DNA of 63,736 nt from a virus (Duplodnaviria > Caudoviricetes). The notes under the pieces are model-generated. The model did not search any database. It was not told where the DNA came from and saw nothing but the letters and a program-made list of their open reading frames with translations. The stretch covers positions 1 through 63,736 of the IMG/VR virus record IMGVR_UViG_3300037467_001854, one strand, 5' to 3'. Below, piece after piece: positions 1 through 9,141 of the stretch. The position numbers and the translations under genes were made by a program. Numbering within the stretch: the first letter of the stretch is position 1; every line of letters starts with the position of its first letter.

Positions 1-127
1 GCCATGGTTTTTCTCCTTAGTTGTGGACTGTCGCGCCAGCACTAAACTCGCTTTGTTGCTGCGGTTTCGTGCTGCGTTGAATACAGATTAGTATTCATGA
101 AAAATACAGTCAAGGATTATTTTCAAA
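1..127. repeat. Terminal direct repeat, copy 1 (circular assembly overlap)
   Basis: Bases 1-127 are identical to 63610-63736; 127 is a common assembler k-mer length. Confidence 0.95.
80..95. promoter_or_regulatory. Putative phage repressor operator AATAC-N6-GTATT
   Basis: AATACAGATTAGTATT in the AT-rich divergent region between terS and the leftward operon; the same palindrome recurs genome-wide. Confidence 0.65.
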
Positions 128-171
128 TATTTTGTTGTCCTTGAAAATCAACGAGTTAGCCTGGCTTCAGA

Positions 172-1104
172 ATGGCAAAACAACAGTCAGTAACGGAAAG
201 CAACATCAAGCCAGCATCCGAAAACGTATCAAAACGTGATGCAAGATGGCAACAAAGGATTCATGAGCTGGCCGGCATGAGCAAACCGGACGCATTCCGG
301 AAAGCTTCAGAGATCGCCGAAGCGGCCGCATTCACGAAAGAGCAGGAGCTGAAGCTCGGACGGAAAATCACGCGGCGGGAACGATCGGCAATGCTCCGCG
401 CCATGCGGGATGGCATTCAATCCGCCGTCCATGTAGGGGCGAACATCCGCCGTGGAGACATGCCACGGGATGACATCCTCAAGAGAGCCCAAGAGAGCCC
501 GGACGCATTACGGGCCGAGATCATAGCGGCCAGTCCGCACAATCCCGAACTAGCAGAGAGAGTAGCGGCCATGGCAGGAATGGACGATCTGAAATTTCAC
601 GCGGCGGAAAGTCTCCACAGTGGAACGCCCACGGATACCGCTCCGCTCCCAGTAGCAGGAAAGAGAGAGAGAGGACGCCCAAGCTCCTATACGCCAGCAA
701 TAGCGGATGAACTGTGCCAGTGGATCCAGAGCGGCAAAAGCCTGCAGGCATGGTGCAAACATAGCGGCACGCCGGCGAGTACGGTCTATCGGTGGATGCG
801 GGAATATGAGAGTTTCCGCAAGTCCTATGCGCAGGCGCATGAGGATCGCGCGGATACGCTCGTCGAGGACATGCTGGAAATCGCCGACACGGTCGCAGGC
901 GCCAGCATGCCGGCGGAAGTGATGGCGGCGAAGCTCCGGATCGAAACGCGCCAGTGGATCGCAGAGAGAATGCGGCCGGATAAGTACGGCCAGCGGATCG
1001 AAGTCCAGCACAAGCAACCGGTATCCTTCAGTTTCGGCATTCCGCCCCGGACGAAGCCTGTACAAATCGAAGGCGAACCGGCCGCAAACCCGCATGAATC
1101 CTAG
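172..1104 (+). CDS. terS: Terminase small subunit with N-terminal extension
   Basis: C-terminal half RGRPSSYTPAIADELCQWIQSGKSL...TVYRWM...KLRIETRQWIAERMRPDKYG resembles Sf6-type TerS; lies upstream of terL. Confidence 0.8.
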   Translation: MAKQQSVTESNIKPASENVSKRDARWQQRIHELAGMSKPDAFRKASEIAEAAAFTKEQELKLGRKITRRERSAMLRAMRDGIQSAVHVGANIRRGDMPRDDILKRAQESPDALRAEIIAASPHNPELAERVAAMAGMDDLKFHAAESLHSGTPTDTAPLPVAGKRERGRPSSYTPAIADELCQWIQSGKSLQAWCKHSGTPASTVYRWMREYESFRKSYAQAHEDRADTLVEDMLEIADTVAGASMPAEVMAAKLRIETRQWIAERMRPDKYGQRIEVQHKQPVSFSFGIPPRTKPVQIEGEPAANPHES

Positions 1105-1431
1105 CTCGAAGACCGGATGTTGAATCCGTTCGTCTACCCGAAAACGTGATCGATGCAAAGCCGGCGCCCAGAGAGCCCGGAAAAAAAGATCCCCCCTTCA
1201 CAGGGCCGGGGATTTTTTTCTGCCTTCTCTCTCCCATAGGAGAGAGCCCCCCCGGGGTGGCCCCCCCCTGCTGGACCACAGCCGTCACCCCCCAGGGGGC
1301 ATTGAGCCTCCACATACACCCCTACGCCCGCACTTGCCGCCTCCAGTAAGCACCCAAGCTCATATTTGCAAATGTGCAACCAATAGCAACTATAATGTTT
1401 CCATTAGCAAATAATGCAAAGGGGATTGGGC

Positions 1432-1860
1432 ATGAAGTATCAGCTATTCGCCGCACTCGGTGCGCTATTCATCGCAGGCTGTTCCACTACCGCGATTCAG
1501 GTAAAGGAGGCCACGCAAGCCCCTGAGACACAGGTTCGGTTCCATAACAACCTGCCGGCACAAGGTAATGCTCGAGCCGTTTTTGTACGAGACACTGGCC
1601 TATTTGGCGCGGGGGTCTTCCAACATCTTTTCATTGATGGAGAGGAAGCTGCCGTGCTGAATCCTGGCGAGAAGGTGGAGCTGATCTTACCGCCGGGCGA
1701 ACACATATTCGGCGTTCAGCCAACCGACCCGTTTGGGTTCGCTACGATGAATTCCATCGACCAAGATCTGAAGGCCGACCGTAGCTACTTCTATCGAATC
1801 ATGATGCAAGGCGAAGATGGAATGAGCACGGTGCAGCGATTCATTCCTCCAGCTAAGTAG
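1432..1860 (+). CDS. Lipoprotein (moron)
   Basis: Signal peptide with lipobox FIAGC; lower GC; AT-rich upstream region containing TATAAT. Confidence 0.8.
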   Translation: MKYQLFAALGALFIAGCSTTAIQVKEATQAPETQVRFHNNLPAQGNARAVFVRDTGLFGAGVFQHLFIDGEEAAVLNPGEKVELILPPGEHIFGVQPTDPFGFATMNSIDQDLKADRSYFYRIMMQGEDGMSTVQRFIPPAK

Positions 1861-1929
1861 GTTCAGCCCTACGCTCGCAGTCGCTGCCTCGGGTATGCCT
1901 CGAGGTCTCCAGTGCTGGAACAGGTCAGG

Positions 1930-2298
1930 CTACGATGCCATTTTCTTGGCGACCATGAGGAGCAGGGAGCGCATGGCGACAACCAGTTCAACGCTGTCGG
2001 CCGGCTTGGAGAAGGCAAGAGTCATTTCATCGATTGGGTACGCATCGAAAGCCGTACCAGACACGATGATTGCGGGGAGATCCGGCCGGTCGCGGCGCAT
2101 CAGCGCGAGCATCTCTCCGCCGCTCATGTGAGGCATTCGATAGTCCGTGATCACGATATCAGCAGCATCACGTTGAAATATCTGCATTGCAATGAGCGCA
2201 TTTGTTGCGGTGGACACGCGATACCCGTAAATCTTGAGAATCTCGGCAAGCAGGTATAGCCCATCCTCGTCATCGTCGACGATCAAAACGTGTTGCAT
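1930..2298 (-). CDS. Stand-alone response regulator receiver (CheY-like) protein
   Basis: VLIVDDD, ITDYRMP (phospho-Asp), IVSG and SKP motifs; AGAGGA RBS before ATG 2298. Confidence 0.9.
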   Translation of the reverse strand: MQHVLIVDDDEDGLYLLAEILKIYGYRVSTATNALIAMQIFQRDAADIVITDYRMPHMSGGEMLALMRRDRPDLPAIIVSGTAFDAYPIDEMTLAFSKPADSVELVVAMRSLLLMVAKKMAS

Positions 2299-2577
2299 GT
2301 ACCGGTTCCTCTGTAGCTCAAGCGAATAGCAGTGCCTGGTCCAGTCCAAGGAAGTCCGGGCACGATACTAATTGGTTGCTGGGAGTCTACATCCGTTCAT
2401 GACTTTTTGTCTTAGACAAAATTTATTGATTTTCCTAAATCCATCGATGCGACCTCCCATGTGGACCAGGCGAGTCGACCCGGGAGGGGGAGGGTCTGAG
2501 CCCAAAAATTTTTTCACGTTCCCATAAAGGCTTACCCCGGTTGTTACAATAAAGCAAATAATCAACAGGAGCTGGGC

Positions 2578-2880
2578 ATGAAGAAATGGATCCTCTTCGC
2601 GCTACTGGCCGCGGGCCAGGCGCAGGCGCAGGCGCTTTACTATGTTTCCGGAAACAAGCTCTCCAGTCTCGATGAGACTGACCGGGCCTTCTACGTTGCC
2701 GGAGTGATTGACACCGCTGGGCGGACGGATCCGCGGTGAGCCTGCTTTCCGAACACCGTACCAATCGGCCAGATGAGGAAGATCGTCGACGCCTACATGA
2801 CGAATCACCCGGAGCAGCTCCACAAGGACTCCTCGATCATGGTGACTGCTGCCATCAGCGAAGCCTTCCCCTGCAAATAG
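2578..2880 (+). pseudogene. Rap1a/Tai-like periplasmic immunity protein interrupted by in-frame TGA (2737-2739)
   Basis: AGGAG RBS; manual translation MKKWILFALLAAGQAQAQ...SGNKL...FYVAGVID...PR*ACFPNTVPIGQMRKIVDAYMTNHPEQLHKDSSIMVTAAISEAFPCK fits the Rap1a pattern; absent from the ORF track. Confidence 0.75.
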
Positions 2881-2891
2881 GCTTTCCGCTC

Positions 2892-2913
2892 CTGTACATC
2901 CATCCAGTAGAAT
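2892..2913 (+). promoter_or_regulatory. LexA (SOS)-type box abutting a TAGAAT -10 element
   Basis: CTGTACATCCATCCAG (2892-2907) is one mismatch from CTGT-N8-ACAG; TAGAAT at 2908-2913. Confidence 0.65.
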
Positions 2914-2920
2914 CCTGGCA

Positions 2921-3030
2921 CGCGGTGCGCCACGCTTTGGCGCTGAAGCCGGCAGGGCCAACGTGGGTCTCGTAGAGAGAAGGCGACCACGCCTGCCGAA
3001 TAAGCCGGGGGATTAGCGCTCGGCGCCGCG
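2921..3030 (+). ncRNA. Putative cloverleaf-like structured RNA or terL leader
   Basis: Closing stem 2921-2926/3025-3030; arms 2927-2932/2938-2943, 2950-2956/2992-2998 (inner 2962-2966/2987-2991) and 3004-3009/3019-3024; no ATG in the region. Confidence 0.45.
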
Positions 3031-3117
3031 CCCCCTCAATTCCCCGCCGGCCACCGTTCGTTGTGGCCGGTCATCCCCTTCGTACCATCCAGCGCATCTC
3101 ACTCCACCGGTGCGCTC

Positions 3118-4557
3118 ATGCTCATTTCCTACAAGCCGCCCGGGCCGGTCGCCGAATCCTTCCATGCCGACAGCTCCTTCGTGCGCGGCATTAAGGGGCC
3201 GATCGGCTCGGGCAAGTCGACCTGCTGCTGCATGGAGATCATCACGCGCGCCGTCGAGCAAGCGCCTGATGAACAGGGTGTGCGCCGGTCGCGCTCCATC
3301 GTCTGCCGCAACACCTACCCCGAGCTGAAGTCCACGACCATCAAGACCTGGATGGACTGGTTCGGCGACATCTGCACGATGAAGTGGGACGCGCCGATCA
3401 CCGGCACCATCGACATCATGCTGCCTGACGGCACGCGGCTCTGGCACGAGGCCATCTTCCTAGCCATCGATCGCCCTGATGACGTCGGCAAGCTCAAGTC
3501 GCTGGAGGCCACCTTCGCCTGGATGAACGAGGCCAGCGAAATGGAGAAGGCCGTCCTCGACCTGCTGACCGGCCGCGTCGGCCGCTTCCCGTCGAAACGG
3601 ATGGGCGGGCCGACCTGGACGGGGGTCCTGATGGACACGAACCCGCCGGATGACGATCACTGGTTCTACAAGCTCGACGAAGAGAAGCCGGAAGGCTACC
3701 GCTTCTTCCACCAGCCTGGCGGGCTGATGCGGATCACCGACGAGAAGGATCCGCGCTACGGGCAGTGGGTGCCGAACCCCGCAGCGGAAAACGTCGAGAA
3801 CCTGCCAGGCGGATTCGAGTACTACCTCCGGCAGCGCGCCGGCAAGTCCGAGGATTACATCAAGGTCATGCTGGGCGGGCAGTACGGATCCACGATGACG
3901 GGCAAGCCGGTCTACCCGGAGTGGAACGACAAGGTGCATCTGGCCGACGAGCCGCTGATCGCCATCCCGCAGGTTCCCATCGTTGTCGCCTTCGACTTCG
4001 GCCTGACGCCCGCGGCGGTCCTCGGGCAGCAAGCCCCGGGCGGGCGCGCCAACGTGCTGCGCGAGTACACCACCGAGGACATGGGCATCCGCCAGTTTTA
4101 CACGACGGTGGTGAAGCCGGCGCTGAACACCGAGTTCTCGGGCTTCCGCTTCGAATTCGTCGGCGACCCTGCCGGCGCGGGGCGCAGCCAGAACGACGAG
4201 AAGTCCTGCTTCGAGACCCTGCTCGAGCTGGGCTGCGTCTGCGAGCCTGCCAGCACGAACGACTTCCTCGGGCGCCGCGAGGCGGTGGCCTTCTTCCTCC
4301 AGACCATGGCCGCGGGCGAGCCGGCGTTCATGCTCGACCCGTCCTGCAAAACCCTGCGCAAGGGATTCAACGGCGGCTATCGCTTCGAGCGCGTGCTCGT
4401 GGGCGGCAGCACCAGCCGCTACAAAGACAAGCCCGTGAAGGACAGGTTCTCGCACCCGCACGATGCGCTGCAGTACCTCGCGCTGAAGCTGCGCGGTGAC
4501 GCGAACCCTGTCCGCGTTCGGCCCGTAGAACAATCCTCGATGAATGGATGGACCTGA
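3118..4557 (+). CDS. terL: Terminase large subunit
   Basis: Walker A GPIGSGKST, Walker B AWMNEA, DTNPP coupling motif, nuclease AFDFG and HPHDALQY. Confidence 0.95.
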   Translation: MLISYKPPGPVAESFHADSSFVRGIKGPIGSGKSTCCCMEIITRAVEQAPDEQGVRRSRSIVCRNTYPELKSTTIKTWMDWFGDICTMKWDAPITGTIDIMLPDGTRLWHEAIFLAIDRPDDVGKLKSLEATFAWMNEASEMEKAVLDLLTGRVGRFPSKRMGGPTWTGVLMDTNPPDDDHWFYKLDEEKPEGYRFFHQPGGLMRITDEKDPRYGQWVPNPAAENVENLPGGFEYYLRQRAGKSEDYIKVMLGGQYGSTMTGKPVYPEWNDKVHLADEPLIAIPQVPIVVAFDFGLTPAAVLGQQAPGGRANVLREYTTEDMGIRQFYTTVVKPALNTEFSGFRFEFVGDPAGAGRSQNDEKSCFETLLELGCVCEPASTNDFLGRREAVAFFLQTMAAGEPAFMLDPSCKTLRKGFNGGYRFERVLVGGSTSRYKDKPVKDRFSHPHDALQYLALKLRGDANPVRVRPVEQSSMNGWT

Positions 4558-6563
4558 TGCCTGCACTCCTTCGACCCGTGCCGCCCGAGGCACCCGCACC
4601 GACCTTTGATGGCAAGACCGTCGAAGGCTCGGCAATGCTCAACCTGACGGCGCATGTGCGCCAGTGCTATTCCGAGGCGCAGAGCGCGAAGACGGAGATC
4701 ACCCGCCGGCTGCTGACCTGCCAGCGCCAGCGCCGCGGCGAGTACGAGCCCGACAAGGCGGCGCAGATCCGCGCCACCGGCGGCAGCGACATCTACATGA
4801 TGCTCACCGACATCAAGTGCCGCGCGGCCGAGAGCTGGATCAAGGACGTCCTGATGAATGCGCAGGACAAGCCGTGGAGCATGCGGCCGACGCCGATCCC
4901 CGACCTGCCGCCGGAGATGAAGGCGGACATCGTCGAGCATCTGGTCCAGGAGGCGATGCAGGCCCAGCAGATGACGGGCATCCCGCTGCAGAGCGACGCC
5001 ATCAGCGCCCGCATGGACGAGCTCATGCAGGAGGTCAACGAAGCGCTCATGAAGAAGGCCAAGGAAGCCTCCGACAACATGGAGCGCAAGATGGCCGACA
5101 TCCTGACGGAGTCGAACTTCGACGATGTCTATGCCGAGGTAATCAACGACTTCTGCACCTACCCGACCGCCTTCCTGAAGGGGCCGGTGGTGAAGAAGAG
5201 GAAGGGGCTGAAGTGGGGGCCGAACTTCACGCCGGAGGTCACCGACGAGATCGGCCGCGGCTTCTACCGCGTGTCGCCGTTCGATGCCTTCCCGTGCCCG
5301 AACGCCACCGGCGTCAACGACGAGTACTTCATCGAGCGCATCCGCCTGAACCGCAAGACCCTGCAGGGCATGATCGGCATGCCGGGGAATAACGACGGCC
5401 AGATCAAGCAGGTCCTCGACCTGTACGGCCGCAATGGGCTGAAGTTCTGGCGCGACGGCGACTCCGAGACCGAGCGCCTCGACGGCAAGCACGGCACCTA
5501 CCACAGCCGCGGCATCATCGAGGGCTTCGAATACTGGGGCGCGGTCTCTGGCCAGATGCTGCAGGAATGGGGCATGAAGAACGTGGATCCGTACAAGGAC
5601 TACGAGGCCAACGTCTGGGTGGTCGGCCCGTTCACCATCCGCTGCGTGCTGAACTCCGATCCGCTGGGACGCCGGCCCTACGAGGCGGCGAGCTTCGTGA
5701 AGAACCCGGGATCGATCTGGGGCCAGGCGCTGCCAGAGCTGATGTCGGATGTGCAGACGATGTGCAACGCCGCTGCTCGCGCGCTGGCCAACAACATGTC
5801 GATCTCCTCCGGCCCGCAGGTCGAGGTGGATGTCTCCCGCCTGCCTGCCGGCGCGGCCGTGACCTCAATGTACCCGTGGAAGATCTGGCAGACCACCAGC
5901 TCCGCGGCCAACGGCAACTCGCCGGCGATCCGCTTCTTCCAGCCCGACATGAACGCCGAATCCCTGCTGGGGATCCTGCAGCAATTCACCCGCATGGCCG
6001 ACGAGGTCACCGGCGTGCCGAATTACATCTACGGCAGCAGCGCGGTTTCCGGCGCCGGCCGCACGGCTTCCGGCCTGTCGATGCTGATGGAGAACGCGGC
6101 CAAGGGCATCAAGCATGCCATCCTGTCGCTCGACCGCGGCGTGTCCGGAATGCTGCGCCGCCTGTTCGAACACCTGATGATCTACGACCCGGATCCGTCG
6201 ATCAAGGGCGACATGGATCTCGTGCCTTCCGGCGTGGTGGCCACCATCATCAAGGACAACGTCCAGCTCCGCCGGCAGGAGTTCCTGCAGGCCACGAGCA
6301 ACCCGATCGACATCCAGATCCTCGGTATCGAGGGCAGGGCGGAGCTGCTGCGCCAGCTCGCCAAGGGTCTCGACATGGACGTCAACGACATCATCCCGAG
6401 CGCAGCGGCCTTGAAGCAGAAGCAGCTCGCCATGGCACAGATGGCCCAGATGCAGGCGGCGCAAGCCGGCGCTCCCGGCGGCGCGCTGCCGCCGCCTGGA
6501 GGCGCACCCCAGCAACAGCCGCCCGCGCCGCAGGGTCTGCCCAACGCCAGCCCTGCCGGTTGA
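4557..6563 (+). CDS. Portal protein
   Basis: Follows terL with TGATG overlap; about 670 aa with a Gln/Pro-rich C-terminal tail typical of podoviral portals. Confidence 0.85.
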   Translation: MPALLRPVPPEAPAPTFDGKTVEGSAMLNLTAHVRQCYSEAQSAKTEITRRLLTCQRQRRGEYEPDKAAQIRATGGSDIYMMLTDIKCRAAESWIKDVLMNAQDKPWSMRPTPIPDLPPEMKADIVEHLVQEAMQAQQMTGIPLQSDAISARMDELMQEVNEALMKKAKEASDNMERKMADILTESNFDDVYAEVINDFCTYPTAFLKGPVVKKRKGLKWGPNFTPEVTDEIGRGFYRVSPFDAFPCPNATGVNDEYFIERIRLNRKTLQGMIGMPGNNDGQIKQVLDLYGRNGLKFWRDGDSETERLDGKHGTYHSRGIIEGFEYWGAVSGQMLQEWGMKNVDPYKDYEANVWVVGPFTIRCVLNSDPLGRRPYEAASFVKNPGSIWGQALPELMSDVQTMCNAAARALANNMSISSGPQVEVDVSRLPAGAAVTSMYPWKIWQTTSSAANGNSPAIRFFQPDMNAESLLGILQQFTRMADEVTGVPNYIYGSSAVSGAGRTASGLSMLMENAAKGIKHAILSLDRGVSGMLRRLFEHLMIYDPDPSIKGDMDLVPSGVVATIIKDNVQLRRQEFLQATSNPIDIQILGIEGRAELLRQLAKGLDMDVNDIIPSAAALKQKQLAMAQMAQMQAAQAGAPGGALPPPGGAPQQQPPAPQGLPNASPAG

Positions 6564-6618
6564 TGAAGGAGGAACGGTCGATCCGTCGATATGATCCGCT
6601 CAATTTCAGGAGGACGAA

Positions 6619-6864
6619 GTGCAGTTGAATGAACGTGAGATCGCAGCATTGAACGACATTCGTCTGCACCTTCCTGATTTCCTCTCCCTGCTGCAGCGCC
6701 TGCGCGCGGAGCGCCACGAAGAAGTGGAGCTGCTCGCCGGCGAACCAGGGAATGCGATCGCCGCGAAGGCGGGCGAGGCAAAAGCCTTCAGCCTGCTCAT
6801 CAAGGAGATCGCTGATTCCGGAGCCGCGGCTGAACGACTGGCCCAAGCCCGGAAAGCACGGTAA
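6619..6864 (+). CDS. Small hypothetical protein between portal and scaffold
   Basis: AGGAGG RBS, GTG start, position usual for podophage head modules. Confidence 0.7.
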   Translation: MQLNEREIAALNDIRLHLPDFLSLLQRLRAERHEEVELLAGEPGNAIAAKAGEAKAFSLLIKEIADSGAAAERLAQARKAR

Positions 6865-6983
6865 GCGAACACCCCGCAGGGACTCGCACGCCGCCGATTA
6901 ATGCAGATGTGAATACCTGAGCAATCCCAAGTTGGAGTCGCGACCGACGAGGGTGGCTTCCTCAGACTCACGGAGAAATCGAT

Positions 6984-7946
6984 ATGCCATTGCCCCGTGC
7001 AATCGTGGAGCAGGAAGAACGCGCCAACGCGATGATCGCGAAGGCCCAAGGGAACACCGGACAGCCGGCTCCCGCACAGCAGCAGACCCAGCAGCAACAG
7101 GAACCGGCCAAGCAGCCGCAGGAGCCGCCAGCGCAGCAGCAGACCGCAGCGCCAGCAACCCCTCCCGCAGCCCCGGCCGCACCAGCCCAAACACCTGCCT
7201 TCGAGCAGACTTGGGAGCATCGATTCAAGGTCTTGGACGGCAAGTACCGCGCCGAAGTCCCGCGGCTCCATCAGGAGCTCAAGGATCTGAAAGCCGCGAA
7301 TGCTGACCTGACCGCGCAACTGGAGGCAGCGCGCAGCGCCGCGCCAGTCAACGTGCAGCTCACCGACGAAGAGCGTGAGCAGTTCGGCGAGGACTTCCTC
7401 GGCGTCGTGCAGAAGGTGGTGAAGGCCAACGTGCCGCAAGCCCCCGCGACTGCAGCGGCCCCGGATCTCTCGCCGCTGGAAGAGCGCCTCGAGCGCACGG
7501 AAAGGCTGGTGGCGGAGTCCGCCGAAGACGCCTTCTTCCGCAAGCTCGGCGAAAAGGTGCCGCACTGGGAAGCGCAGAACACGGATGCAGGTTTCCTCAA
7601 GTGGCTGTCGGAGTTTGACCCGCTGATTGGCCGCTCGCGCCAGGAAGCGTTCAACGAGGCCTACAACGGCCTGAACGTGGATCGGATTGCAGCCTTCTTC
7701 ACGGCATATCCCTATCAGTCGACCGTGTCCCGTGCAGCCTCGAGCCCGAGCCTCGAGCAGCAGGTAACGCCCGAAGTGAACCATGGCGCTCCGCCGCCGG
7801 TAGCTGGCAAAGCCACCTACTCGCGCGCCCAGATCCAGAAGTTTTACGACGATGTGCGTTCCGGCCGCTTGAAGGATCAAGCCGAGATTGCGCGGATTGA
7901 GCAAGACATCTTCGCTGCGCAGCGGGAGCGCCGAATCATCGGCTGA
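6984..7946 (+). CDS. Capsid scaffolding protein
   Basis: Gln/Pro/Ala-rich N-terminus, coiled coil, directly upstream of the major capsid gene. Confidence 0.75.
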   Translation: MPLPRAIVEQEERANAMIAKAQGNTGQPAPAQQQTQQQQEPAKQPQEPPAQQQTAAPATPPAAPAAPAQTPAFEQTWEHRFKVLDGKYRAEVPRLHQELKDLKAANADLTAQLEAARSAAPVNVQLTDEEREQFGEDFLGVVQKVVKANVPQAPATAAAPDLSPLEERLERTERLVAESAEDAFFRKLGEKVPHWEAQNTDAGFLKWLSEFDPLIGRSRQEAFNEAYNGLNVDRIAAFFTAYPYQSTVSRAASSPSLEQQVTPEVNHGAPPPVAGKATYSRAQIQKFYDDVRSGRLKDQAEIARIEQDIFAAQRERRIIG

Positions 7947-7977
7947 CCGCGCGCAGCACAACTGAACGAGGTACATC

Positions 7978-8916
7978 ATGTCCGTAGCAGTCAGCGGCGA
8001 TCTGTACGGCGCCGGAGCAGGCGTCGACAACTACGTCGGGAAGTTCATTCCCGAGGTATGGTCCGGCAAGCTGGCCGTCAAGTTCTATCTGGCGACCTGC
8101 CTGACCGAAATCACCAACAACGATTGGGAAGGCGAGATCAAGGACCAAGGCGACAAGGTCAAGATCCGCTCCGTCCCGACCGTCACCATTCGTGACTACT
8201 CGAAGGGTCAGACCCTGCAGACCGAGCGTCCGGGCACCACCGTCATCGAGCTGGTGGTCGACAAGGCGAAGTACTTCGCTGTCGTGGTCGACGACGTCGA
8301 TGCCGTGCAGGCCGACATCAAGCTGATGGACCAGTTCGGTCAGGACGCTGCAGAGCAGATGAAGATCGCCGTGGAATCGAGCGTCTTCGCTGTGGTGTAT
8401 GCCGAAGCGCATGCGAAGAACCAGGGTGCGAACGCCGGCATCAAGTCGGGCGACATCAACCTGGGCGCAGCCGGCGCGCCGCTGCAGATCACCAAGGCCA
8501 ACGTCCTCGACTGGATCGTGGACATGGGCCTGGTGCTCGACGAGCAGAACGTGCCGGAAACCGGCCGCTGGCTGCTCCTGCCGGCGTGGGTCTGCGCAAT
8601 GATCAAGAAGTCCGATCTGCGCGAAGCCTCGATCTCCGGCGACGGCACCTCCATCCTGCGGAACGGCCGCGTGGGCATGATCGATCGCTTCACGATCTAC
8701 TCCAGCAACAATCTGCCGCAGGGCGTGGACGGCGCCGTCACCGCCTACGAGGTGATGGCTGGCACCCGCGATGCGATCTCCTTCGCTTCGCAGATCACCA
8801 AGACCGAGTCCATCCGCTCGGAAACCACCTTCGGTGACCTGCTCCGCGGCCTCAACGTCTTCGGCTTCGAAGTCACCAAGCCGGAAGCGCTGGTCCACAG
8901 CCACATCCAGAAGTAA
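7978..8916 (+). CDS. Major capsid protein
   Basis: FIPEVWS...WEGEIKDQGDKVKI and RGLNVFG motifs typical of P22-coat-like MCPs; followed by a terminator. Confidence 0.9.
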   Translation: MSVAVSGDLYGAGAGVDNYVGKFIPEVWSGKLAVKFYLATCLTEITNNDWEGEIKDQGDKVKIRSVPTVTIRDYSKGQTLQTERPGTTVIELVVDKAKYFAVVVDDVDAVQADIKLMDQFGQDAAEQMKIAVESSVFAVVYAEAHAKNQGANAGIKSGDINLGAAGAPLQITKANVLDWIVDMGLVLDEQNVPETGRWLLLPAWVCAMIKKSDLREASISGDGTSILRNGRVGMIDRFTIYSSNNLPQGVDGAVTAYEVMAGTRDAISFASQITKTESIRSETTFGDLLRGLNVFGFEVTKPEALVHSHIQK

Positions 8917-8931
8917 TCGCTTCTGAGAACA

Positions 8932-8968
8932 GGGGGCAGTCCGTAACCACGGGCTCGCCCCCTTTTTT
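8932..8968 (+). terminator. Rho-independent terminator after MCP
   Basis: GGGGGC...CCGT-AACC-ACGG...GCCCCC followed by T6. Confidence 0.85.
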
Positions 8969-8979
8969 GTGAGGATCCC

Positions 8980-9132
8980 ATGCGTCGCCTGAAGAACACC
9001 AAGACCGGAGTCATCTACATGTACACGCGCGAGCTGGCCTCGCTGCCGCACATGGAACTGGTGAAGGAAGACCCGAAGCCTGCAGAAGCCCCGGCGCAGC
9101 CGAAGCCCAAGGCAGCACCCAAATCCAAGTAA
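8980..9132 (+). CDS. 50-aa basic Pro/Lys-rich virion-associated protein
   Basis: GAGGA RBS; MRRLKNTKTGVIYMY...PKPKAAPKSK; fills the gap exactly; below the ORF-track cut-off. Confidence 0.7.
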   Translation: MRRLKNTKTGVIYMYTRELASLPHMELVKEDPKPAEAPAQPKPKAAPKSK

Positions 9133-9141
9133 GGAGCCGGC

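Noticed and set aside
2323-2349. Minus-strand LDWTRHC resembling the DusA motif MDWTDRHC (possible second att remnant)
   Set aside because: Short, gapped, no arm repeats and no APMM upstream; probably chance
2737-2739. Genome-wide TGA recoding or selenocysteine
   Set aside because: TGA is used as a normal stop in many coupled genes (TGATG/ATGA overlaps); no suppressor tRNA seen
2921-3030. Canonical tRNA or hammerhead ribozyme
   Set aside because: Lacks the TTCGA T-loop, a 7-nt anticodon loop and the CTGATGA/GAAA core
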